Of a stretch of DNA of 37,808 nucleotides, positions 17,805-25,264 are shown in pieces. Within the stretch, counting starts at the first letter, position 1; every line of letters begins with the position of its first letter. The DNA is taken from the IMG/VR virus record IMGVR_UViG_3300045988_014803, positions 1 to 37,808 of that record; one strand, 5' to 3'. A model generated the notes under the pieces. That model did no database searches, was not told the DNA's origin, and was given only the letters and a program-made list of their open reading frames with translations. Source of the DNA: a virus. The position numbers and the translations under genes are program-made.

Positions 17805-19505
17805 TTAAATCATCTGGAATGTGAAGTCACCTTCATTCAAGAAATAATCCTGCTCAAGAAGGTAAATTGCATTGATAAGTGATACCACCATATCAACTTT
17901 TCCGTTGCTCTTTTTCTTGCTCACATACATATTTTTGTTTGTGTCATATGCACATTTCGCATTCTGAAAGTTGATTTCAAGAAGTTTGTTTTCTGTGTAT
18001 TTGAATTTTTGTGTAAGGATTGCTTCTTTCATCCTCTTTGTTGGTGAATGCAAGACGCTTGGATACTGCTTGATTTGAACCGTGTTATAGCCCTCATTAG
18101 CCAATTTCTGCGCTGTGCTTAATGCATTCCATCTATCATATCCAATCGCCTGTATTTGTACGTTATAACGGCTCTCAAGACTCAAGATGAATTGCTCAAC
18201 AAACGCATAGGAGATAACCCTGTCACCACATGCTAACACCTTCCCACTTTTCAGCAATTCCTGATAGTTCACACGCTCTGATATTGTCTTTTTCGTGATT
18301 CTGTCTGCCGGAATGAACGCAAAACTTTCTGCAAGAATGTTATCATCATCATCTACAGAAACCATAGCGACAGATGTATTATCGTTCGATTCTGAAAGGT
18401 CAACACCTAAATATACTACTCTGCCTGACCAATCAATGTTAGCAACCTTGCATGCTTGAACATCTTTAACATCAATAAATGTCTCTGTGCCCTGTCCTTG
18501 ATAGATAATGTTGCAGTGCTTTGTTACAAAGTTCTCTCGCTCGTTCTCAATGGCAATGGCTCTGGCACGCTTCTTGATAAGATCATCCCAAATTTCAGGG
18601 ATTTCAAGTGCTGACGGATTCGCCTGTTTCAGAATAAGATCATCTGTTTCCCAATCAGACGTTTTGTCAGGCTCATACAGCAGCGCAAATACTGTTTCGT
18701 CTTTCTCAATGCCGTCAAGAATTTTTTTGGCATATGCAACCTCATCCTCGAATGGATTGTCGATTGTCGGATATTTTGTACTGATTACGAACCCAAGTTT
18801 ATTAAAGACGTTAAGCTGCCCTGACCTCATTGCATCGACAGGATATTTATTTGGCAATGCTCCAACTTCATCCGCAATAAATGCATTCGGCATACGTCCG
18901 TCCATACGGTTACTGTATGCCAACGGAATTAACGTGTTTTCATTCGGCTTGAATTTTATGTAGTCCCTTAGCAGCTTGAAACGCTTCGTTCCTTTGTACT
19001 CGTATATCAGCGGACTGCTTTTGATTGTATCTGAGATTGCCCCTTTGATTTCTCTCGACAAAGAACCATCTGGTGCAACTGAAAAGAATTTTGAGAACTT
19101 TGGTTCAGTAAGAAACAGAATGATAAAAATTGTTCCGACTGTATATGTCTTAAAATTCTTTCTGCAAATCTCCAACAGCCCTGTTTCGTATCTGCGTTTT
19201 TTAGGATTCTCCCGATACACCGTGCCTAGCATTGCGATATAAATAAGCCACTGATAACCAGTGGAGCACTTATACATAGACTGTCCGGCCTTGAGGCCTT
19301 TCGGCATAATCAACAGTTTCAGGATGTTCTCAATCTGCTGTACTTTCTTTTCGGATACGAAATACTTTCTGTCTTTTCCCTCAGCAATCCTCATCCATGC
19401 TTTCATTTGTAACTTAACGTACTTCGGAGTGGTTTTCTTTCTAATAGATTTTTTGCAATATTCGTAAGCCTTACTACTCGTCACCGCCATCATCTTCACC
19501 ACCAT
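17805..19505 (-). CDS. terL: Terminase large subunit (Terminase_1-like)
   Basis: About 560 aa. RRYETGLLEICRKNFKT is a Walker-A-like region, with a nuclease-type C-terminal half. Start is ambiguous (19505, 19493 or 19490) and overlaps the terS end. Confidence 0.88.
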   Translation of the reverse strand: MVVKMMAVTSSKAYEYCKKSIRKKTTPKYVKLQMKAWMRIAEGKDRKYFVSEKKVQQIENILKLLIMPKGLKAGQSMYKCSTGYQWLIYIAMLGTVYRENPKKRRYETGLLEICRKNFKTYTVGTIFIILFLTEPKFSKFFSVAPDGSLSREIKGAISDTIKSSPLIYEYKGTKRFKLLRDYIKFKPNENTLIPLAYSNRMDGRMPNAFIADEVGALPNKYPVDAMRSGQLNVFNKLGFVISTKYPTIDNPFEDEVAYAKKILDGIEKDETVFALLYEPDKTSDWETDDLILKQANPSALEIPEIWDDLIKKRARAIAIENERENFVTKHCNIIYQGQGTETFIDVKDVQACKVANIDWSGRVVYLGVDLSESNDNTSVAMVSVDDDDNILAESFAFIPADRITKKTISERVNYQELLKSGKVLACGDRVISYAFVEQFILSLESRYNVQIQAIGYDRWNALSTAQKLANEGYNTVQIKQYPSVLHSPTKRMKEAILTQKFKYTENKLLEINFQNAKCAYDTNKNMYVSKKKSNGKVDMVVSLINAIYLLEQDYFLNEGDFTFQMI

Positions 19506-19845
19506 TAAGGATCTTCATAAGCGGGTCTGCATCCTCGGTTGTATCACTTACGTTATAATTCTTAATGATCTTCATAAGAGTTGCAACTGTTCTATTCGCA
19601 CTATCTGTTGTTGCATTATAATCTTTTACTGCTGGACTAGAATATAAATTTTTTCTGCCTTTAACATATTCTTTTTCAACTAATATTCCATCCTCTTTTA
19701 TAGATTTTTCTAATTCATATAACATAACTAATTGCATTTGATATCTTTTGAATGTAGTTATAAAAAAATAATTACTTTGTACTCCACTTTCTTCTGCAAT
19801 TTTTAAAATCTCTTGTGCTTGTTCAGTTAAAGTCATTTTTGCCAT
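19474..19845 (-). CDS. terS: Terminase small subunit (P27-like family)
   Basis: 123 aa directly upstream of terL. ...YFFITTFKRYQMQLVMLYELEKSIKEDGILVEKEYVKGRKNLYSSPAVKDYN... has the P27-family pattern. Acidic C-terminal tail. Confidence 0.8.
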   Translation of the reverse strand: MAKMTLTEQAQEILKIAEESGVQSNYFFITTFKRYQMQLVMLYELEKSIKEDGILVEKEYVKGRKNLYSSPAVKDYNATTDSANRTVATLMKIIKNYNVSDTTEDADPLMKILNGGEDDGGDE

Positions 19846-19866
19846 ATTATCACCCCCTATAATTTT

Positions 19867-20418
19867 TTATTTAAGATTTTTTATTTGATATGATTTATTA
19901 TAAGTCTTTTGGTCCTTAATCATAATTTTTAAAAAATCTTCTCTTGTTAAATTAGATAATCTAAATACTTCTTCTGGTTTCATTCCTAATTCCTTACATA
20001 TTTCTTTTGTTGTTTTTCCTTCATCCAATAATTCTTTTACTATCGCTTTCATTGGTTCTAATAAATGAGTTCCTCTTGCTCTATTATGTGTGATAGTACC
20101 ATAGACATCTTCTGCATGGTCTTTATGGTCCACAATAACAACTGGAACTTTATTTTTTAATAATGTTTTTAATGGTTCTCTACCTGATACAGTCCATCTA
20201 TGAAAACCATCTATAATTGTATAATCCGGTCTTATAACTATTGGCATAGTCCAACCATTTGTTAATATAGACTGAACTAATAATTCAAGATTTTGTTCTG
20301 ATACTTTATTTGGGTTGTAATTATTTGGTTTTAATAAATCTCTATCAACAAATTTAACATTTTCTAAAGGTTCTAATATATTTTTATTTTCATATTTTTT
20401 TATTTCATTTTCTTTCAT
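19867..20418 (-). CDS. ParB/Srx-fold N-terminal-domain protein (IbrB-like)
   Basis: 183 aa. LLKPNNYNPNKVSEQNLELLVQSILTNGWTMPIVIRPDYTIIDGFHRWTV carries the DGxHR ParB-like core. C-terminal HTH-like segment. Confidence 0.7.
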   Translation of the reverse strand: MKENEIKKYENKNILEPLENVKFVDRDLLKPNNYNPNKVSEQNLELLVQSILTNGWTMPIVIRPDYTIIDGFHRWTVSGREPLKTLLKNKVPVVIVDHKDHAEDVYGTITHNRARGTHLLEPMKAIVKELLDEGKTTKEICKELGMKPEEVFRLSNLTREDFLKIMIKDQKTYNKSYQIKNLK

Positions 20419-20729
20419 ATACTACTCTCCTTAGCTATATCACTATATAAATTAAATTCAAAACTTCTTAACGTTCTTCCTTTGGGGTCTCCACCAATTA
20501 CTATATTACATAACTCTTTGTAATGTTTTTGATTTAAAAATGGTCCATATTTAATTAATATTCTATTAATACGCTTTTTTACATACTGCATAGATTTATT
20601 ATCAAATCTCCATTCTTCTTTTAACATCTCAAAGAATTTATTCTTATAATCAACTTCTTCGTCTTTCTTTGCTTGTTTATTTTTCTTTTGTCTTCTAAAT
20701 AATTCAGTATCATAATAAAGCATTGCCAT
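20415..20729 (-). CDS. Hypothetical protein, possibly the C-terminal fragment of the decayed IbrA-like gene
   Basis: 104 aa. In frame with 20742..21128, separated only by a TAG plus 4 codons. Confidence 0.5.
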   Translation of the reverse strand: MAMLYYDTELFRRQKKNKQAKKDEEVDYKNKFFEMLKEEWRFDNKSMQYVKKRINRILIKYGPFLNQKHYKELCNIVIGGDPKGRTLRSFEFNLYSDIAKESSI

Positions 20730-20741
20730 ATAAGCATTTGG

Positions 20742-21128
20742 CTATCTTTTACAAATCTTATCAAATAGCCCAGGGTAAAATTCACACATGTTAACTAGGC
20801 TTCTTATTGTATCTATGCTAAAAAATTGACTTATTCTTAATCTATTAATTGGAATTCCTACTTGATACATAAATTTATAGGCATCTGGAAATTCTAAGTT
20901 ATTATCTCTTATGTACATCCATACATCTTTATCAGTCCAATCATAGATAGGAAACATTTTTCCTTGTGATGTTTTTATATTTGCCAAATTCATTGATCTT
21001 TGAACACTTTCACTTGCTCTACCACCACTTACTGATAATTCAATTCTACTAGCAGTTTTAAATATGTTTTTTATTCTTGTCTTTGCCATTGTTACAACAT
21101 CAACATTTGAATATTGTTTTTTAATCAA
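20742..21128 (-). CDS. Internally deleted PAPS-reductase-like (IbrA-like) remnant
   Basis: 128 aa. The PP-loop start ELSVSGG is joined after about 24 aa to the C-terminal block FPIYDWTDKDVWMYIRDNNLEFPDAYKFMYQVGIPINRLRISQFF. The catalytic core between them is missing. Confidence 0.6.
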   Translation of the reverse strand: MIKKQYSNVDVVTMAKTRIKNIFKTASRIELSVSGGRASESVQRSMNLANIKTSQGKMFPIYDWTDKDVWMYIRDNNLEFPDAYKFMYQVGIPINRLRISQFFSIDTIRSLVNMCEFYPGLFDKICKR

Positions 21129-21744
21129 GATAAATCATCTCCCCACAAGATGGGCATATAATATATTTCTTCTCATTTTTCTCAGTGCCGACTTTTGTTT
21201 CCGTTACCATTGTTACTTGTTCATTTTTAATTTCTGGTTCTTTTTTAATTTCTTGTTCTTTATAACTTGTTTCTTGCTTTGAATCTTCTTGGGTATATTT
21301 AACATCTGTTATAACTCCATAATTACTAATTGCTTCTTCAACTTGTTCATCTGTTGCAGTCATTTGCTCCAAAATAAACTTGTCATAACCAGCGATTTCA
21401 AAATCTCCCATTCCAGTTATCTCTTGGATGTAATTATTTATTTCATCGTAATTATCTGCACCCAAGCTATAAATTTTATTATCACTTAAAATTAATTTTT
21501 TCTTTTCAACTTCTGATAGACCTGTTTTTCTATAACATTGAACATCTGCTTTATTCATTTTTACTAAAGCAAAATATAAACCATTACCAATTAAGATATT
21601 ATTATCTTCATCAATAACCATTGCTCTTGTTTGTCCAAATTGTTCTACACTTTTAATTAATTCATCAATTTGTTTATCATTATGTTTTCTAACATTCTTC
21701 TCCAATGGTTTTAGATCATTTATTTTTACTACTTCTAATTTCAT
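21121..21744 (-). CDS. Degenerate ParB-like N-terminal-domain protein with C-terminal zinc ribbon
   Basis: 207 aa. VVKINDLKPLEKNVRKHNDKQIDELIKSVEQFGQTRAMVIDEDNNILIGNGLYFAL has GNGL where ParB-type domains have GHGR. Lys/Glu-rich linker, then CPSCGEMIY at the C-terminus. Confidence 0.6.
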   Translation of the reverse strand: MKLEVVKINDLKPLEKNVRKHNDKQIDELIKSVEQFGQTRAMVIDEDNNILIGNGLYFALVKMNKADVQCYRKTGLSEVEKKKLILSDNKIYSLGADNYDEINNYIQEITGMGDFEIAGYDKFILEQMTATDEQVEEAISNYGVITDVKYTQEDSKQETSYKEQEIKKEPEIKNEQVTMVTETKVGTEKNEKKYIICPSCGEMIYLD

Positions 21745-21745
21745 C

Positions 21746-22540
21746 TCATTCTCCTCTACTTTCTAAAAATTCTCTAGCACTTGTTAATCTGCTACTAGCA
21801 TTTATTACAATGCTTTTATCAATATCATATAATTCTTGCCATACTTCATTTTCTGTTTTATCCATTATGGCTCTTTCAGTCCATTCTCCCATTGCTATTG
21901 ATCCTATTAAAAAACCCCTATCCCATTTATAAAATGGTGGTAATTCTATATTGTTATATTTTATATAAGCAAGTAATTGTTCTGCATTCCAATTAGCAAG
22001 AGGAGAAAAGACATCATAATTACTCTTACTAACAATATAATTATTTTCTTTATTTCCACATTGGTTTCCATCTTTGATTCTTCTTCCTGCTATAAATAAA
22101 TCAAAATTATATTTATTAATATCTTTATTTTGTCTTTCCCACTTTGTTGACATCCAATTTTGTCTAGTCTTACCTTTACAAAATAAATACTGTGGATGTT
22201 TTTCTAAATATTCCAGACTATATTTATCAATAACTTCTTCAATTAGATTTTTAGGTTTGTTTTCATTAATCCATTTTCTCATTTCTGGGTATTCATTAAT
22301 GCCACACCAGAATATAGGTGTTGATTTAATTCCTGATCTATTAATAATATCTTGTAGTACAATACTATCTTTACCTGCTACCCAACCATTACAAATATTT
22401 TTATATTTTTGGGATATATCTCTAATAAATGATGTTGTTTCATCTGTTAATTTATCAATATCATATCTAGTGTAAATATTAGTACATTTATCAAATGCTT
22501 CTAACCATTCACTATTATCTTTTATATTTTGTTTTTTTAG
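21746..22540 (-). CDS. PAPS-reductase-family (PP-loop, DndC/IbrA-like) protein; 5' end frameshifted relative to the only ATG
   Basis: The frame is open from 22540. NGWVAGKDSIVL is a PP-loop variant of SGGKDS. IAGRRIKDGNQCG and FSPLANWNAEQLLAYIKYNNIELPPFY are also present. The first in-frame canonical start is only at 22282; an RBS-preceded ATG at 22547 is out of frame across an A7 run. Confidence 0.65.
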   Translation of the reverse strand, partial: LKKQNIKDNSEWLEAFDKCTNIYTRYDIDKLTDETTSFIRDISQKYKNICNGWVAGKDSIVLQDIINRSGIKSTPIFWCGINEYPEMRKWINENKPKNLIEEVIDKYSLEYLEKHPQYLFCKGKTRQNWMSTKWERQNKDINKYNFDLFIAGRRIKDGNQCGNKENNYIVSKSNYDVFSPLANWNAEQLLAYIKYNNIELPPFYKWDRGFLIGSIAMGEWTERAIMDKTENEVWQELYDIDKSIVINASSRLTSAREFLESRGE

Positions 22541-22551
22541 TCAGCATAACA

Positions 22552-23535
22552 TCACCCATTCAATGATTTTACTGATACATAGCCAAGTATTATTGTTGCT
22601 ACTATAAAACTTATAACTCCAACAATTGAATTAATTGTTATTTGTCCTAAAGTTGCAAATAATACCATTAGTCCAAATGTTATTGCTGATACTGGAATTA
22701 CTATATTTGTTTTTTTCTTTAATGCTAACGGTAATAACAAAATACCAACTGCAAATGCAAATCTAATAACTCCAAATGAGCTCCATAATTGAAGTATTCC
22801 CATTTTAACAAATACTCCAAATGCAATACATAATAATAGTGAAAGTCCTGTTCCTATTCTTTTATTTCCTACCTTATGAAGTGCTACTGCAATACTATCT
22901 ATTGTTGATGTAGTTACTCCAAGAACTGCTACTAATAAAATAATATGCATTGGTAGTGTAAATTTAAAGAAAGCCATTCCTAATATTAATAACATATAAA
23001 GTCCAAATAAAAATGCTCCTAAATAATAACCTTTTTTACTTTCATCTGCTTCTGCTCTTTGCCAATGTTGTACATCTCCAATAGGTCCAGCAAATAAAAT
23101 AAGTCCAGACCATATTCCCCATAACACACCACTCATGCCAGTTGGTGCAAATACTTGTAATGGGGCTTTTGTAAATATTCCAACTGCTATAACTGCTATT
23201 ATTGATACAATAGCCATGATCCATTGATATACATCTGTTTTAACTGATGTTGGTAGTCCTTTTTTGTAAACAATTAGAGTAAAGAAAAATCCTAATGCTA
23301 TTGTTATCAAATATGCTGTAATTGTACTACCTGTAATAATTAAAAATTGTTGATTTATAAAATTCAACTGAACTAATAGGCTAAATAATTGAATTATTAA
23401 TGCTATCACTTTTACTTCTTTTCTATTATAAGTTTCTGGACTAATTTTTTTCTTGTTATATAGCCATCCAAATAATGCAAGCGTTAAGGTGTTACAATTT
23501 GTTGTCACATGATTAAAGATGTTCCCCATGCCCAA
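22552..23535 (-). CDS. Polytopic membrane protein, sodium:solute-symporter-like
   Basis: About 10 hydrophobic segments. GPIGDVQHWQRAEADESKKG resembles the SSS-family DQxxxQR segment. First gene of the AT-rich module. The annotated start is a TTG. Confidence 0.6.
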   Translation of the reverse strand: MGMGNIFNHVTTNCNTLTLALFGWLYNKKKISPETYNRKEVKVIALIIQLFSLLVQLNFINQQFLIITGSTITAYLITIALGFFFTLIVYKKGLPTSVKTDVYQWIMAIVSIIAVIAVGIFTKAPLQVFAPTGMSGVLWGIWSGLILFAGPIGDVQHWQRAEADESKKGYYLGAFLFGLYMLLILGMAFFKFTLPMHIILLVAVLGVTTSTIDSIAVALHKVGNKRIGTGLSLLLCIAFGVFVKMGILQLWSSFGVIRFAFAVGILLLPLALKKKTNIVIPVSAITFGLMVLFATLGQITINSIVGVISFIVATIILGYVSVKSLNG

Positions 23536-23594
23536 CTTGCAGCACTTGAAGCACCTATTTTTTTAAAACTTAGTTTCTCATTTCCCATTTTCAT
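23505..23594 (-). CDS. 29-aa ORF, probably the displaced true N-terminus of the membrane-protein gene
   Basis: AAGAAAGG RBS then ATG. MKMGNEKLSFKKIGASSAASWAWGTSLIM is transporter-N-terminus-like. It overlaps the start of 22552..23535 in another frame. Confidence 0.35.
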   Translation of the reverse strand: MKMGNEKLSFKKIGASSAASWAWGTSLIM

Positions 23595-23622
23595 TCACTA
23601 CCTTTCTTATATTGCCAGCTCA

Positions 23623-23638
23623 TGTTCCACGTGGAACA
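23623..23638. promoter_or_regulatory. Perfect 16-bp palindrome TGTTCCACGTGGAACA in the leader of the AT-rich module
   Basis: Self-complementary over all 16 nt. It lies between the promoter at 23690-23719 and the ATG at 23594. Confidence 0.6.
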
Positions 23639-23654
23639 CTTTCGCATGATTTTC

Positions 23655-23669
23655 GCTTCTTTTTGAAAC
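23655..23669 (-). repeat. Motif copy (GTTTCAAAAAGAAGC)
   Basis: Lies in the leader of the AT-rich module, between its promoter and its first ATG. Confidence 0.65.
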
Positions 23670-23689
23670 AAAAAACGGCTTATACTCAC

Positions 23690-23719
23690 ATTATAGCGTG
23701 AATTTGGCCGTTTATCCAA
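23690..23719 (-). promoter_or_regulatory. Sigma-70-type promoter of the AT-rich module
   Basis: The minus strand reads TTGGAT-N18-TATAAT. It is flanked by the inverted repeat AAACGGC...GCCGTTT. Confidence 0.5.
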
Positions 23720-23810
23720 AAAATCTTAGTATTTTATAATTTTTGTGATTAGTTATATGGACATTTCATCTTGGTGTAACACCAGACAATGCCCGTTACC
23801 ATGGGGGGAT

Positions 23811-24191
23811 TTATTTTAGCCTGTCAATTCTCTGCCTTGCTAGCTTCTTTAAATACTCTTTTTCAATCATTCCTGCATCAGCTAACCTGTGACAGTCTTT
23901 GCATAAGCATATAAGGTTATCGTCTTCCAACCATAGCTCTGGCTTGTCTTTCAACTTATCTATGTGATGCACTTCTATGTTACGGTAGTTATATATACCT
24001 TTGTCCTTGCATACTTCACATAGATAGTTTGCATCTTCTCGTATCTGCTTGCTCTTCTCTGTCCATGCACTCTTGCTCCTGAGCCTTGACTCTTTGTAGC
24101 TGTACTTGTAGTGCTTCTTCTCTACATGACAGACATATCCTTTCGGATGTATCTTCCCACACCTGCTACATGAATAATAGCCTTGTGCCAT
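23811..24191 (-). CDS. HNH endonuclease (packaging-associated type)
   Basis: CSRCGK...CEVCKDKG...EVHHIDKL...NLICLCKDCH is an HNH/zinc-finger signature. The start overlaps the endolysin stop. Confidence 0.85.
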   Translation of the reverse strand: MAQGYYSCSRCGKIHPKGYVCHVEKKHYKYSYKESRLRSKSAWTEKSKQIREDANYLCEVCKDKGIYNYRNIEVHHIDKLKDKPELWLEDDNLICLCKDCHRLADAGMIEKEYLKKLARQRIDRLK

Positions 24192-25264
24192 TACTTAACT
24201 CTGATACGCTGCCCAGCATAAATCTTGTTAGGATTACTGATACCATTCATAGCCTGTAGCTTCTGCCAAGTTGTGCCATATCTGGATGCAATACCTGATA
24301 GTGTATCTCCACTACGTACAGTGTAATATACTGCCTGAGATGCACCTAGCTTCTGGTTGACGATATTCTGAATAGTATTATAGTCATATCCTGCCTGTTC
24401 CAATCTGCTCTTACGGTTGTTACCGTCTCCCCACTTTCCAGCAATTACCTCACTTGCAATCTGATCATTTGACTTTCTAACAGGTGCAACCTTCTTGTTT
24501 ACAATGTCCTGAATAACATTGTAATCATATCCTGCTTGTGTAAGTCTGTTCTTGCGATCTTCACCATTTCCCCAAACTCCTGCAATTACCTCGTCTGCTA
24601 CCTGTTCATTGCTTTTTTTAACAGGTGTTGGTGTAACTGGTTTTGTTTCACCTTTTGGATTTGCGTACTTGTGCCATGCTGTTGCATCACCATAGAATTT
24701 ATCTAAGTCAAGGTTCCTACTATATCCTGCCAGTTTTCCAGAGCTTGAATACTGTCTGATAGCGCAATCATATGCTCCCTCATTCCATGGATGTGCCTGA
24801 TATCCTGTTGCGTTGTTATCTGCATACTGTGCAATCCATAAGCCATAGTCTCCAATGCCAGACACTTCTTTATACAAGCTTGCAGATGCATAGATTAAAG
24901 GTTTAACCCCCGTTTTTTCTACAATTCGATTGCACCAGTTACTAATCCATGCTCTAGCTGGACCACCTGTCCCACACAGTGCGTTGCCCTGCCACTCCCA
25001 GTCTAAGCAAAGAATAGCTTCGCCAATATATCCTTGAATGTTCTTCAAGAAATGGTCTGCTTCTGCTACTGCATTTCCACCATTTGCATAATGGTATACA
25101 CCTAATAGCTTTCCGTTAGCTTTTGCCTGCTGATAAGCTCTGTCACAATCAGGATTCACATATCCTGTACCTTCTGTAGCTTTGCAAATTACAAAGTCAC
25201 ATGGTACAACACTTAAATTAATTCCTGCTTGATAGCTTGCAATATCAATTCCGTTTAATGCCAT
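24191..25264 (-). CDS. Endolysin: GH25 muramidase + 2 CW_7-like repeats + LysM
   Basis: N-terminus [14 protein letters not shown]...[13 protein letters not shown]...GVYHYA indicates GH25. Two repeats VIAG.WGNG..RK.RL.QAGYDYN.IQ.IVN.K. C-terminal [30 protein letters not shown] is a LysM. Confidence 0.9.
   Translation of the reverse strand: MALNGIDIASYQAGINLSVVPCDFVICKATEGTGYVNPDCDRAYQQAKANGKLLGVYHYANGGNAVAEADHFLKNIQGYIGEAILCLDWEWQGNALCGTGGPARAWISNWCNRIVEKTGVKPLIYASASLYKEVSGIGDYGLWIAQYADNNATGYQAHPWNEGAYDCAIRQYSSSGKLAGYSRNLDLDKFYGDATAWHKYANPKGETKPVTPTPVKKSNEQVADEVIAGVWGNGEDRKNRLTQAGYDYNVIQDIVNKKVAPVRKSNDQIASEVIAGKWGDGNNRKSRLEQAGYDYNTIQNIVNQKLGASQAVYYTVRSGDTLSGIASRYGTTWQKLQAMNGISNPNKIYAGQRIRVK

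Noticed and set aside
18508-19467. Plus-strand ORFs of 151, 88 and 68 aa lie inside terL.
   Set aside because: They are shadow ORFs antisense to the terminase large subunit, with no translation signals.
20742-20744. Stop-codon reassignment (TAG or TGA read as sense), as seen in some gut phages, could explain the in-frame TAG and the split ORFs.
   Set aside because: TAG and TGA terminate many well-delimited genes here at the expected lengths (terS, XkdX-like, initiator, MCP/protease junctions). No suppressor tRNA gene is present. Reading through the other disrupted genes does not give sensible protein.
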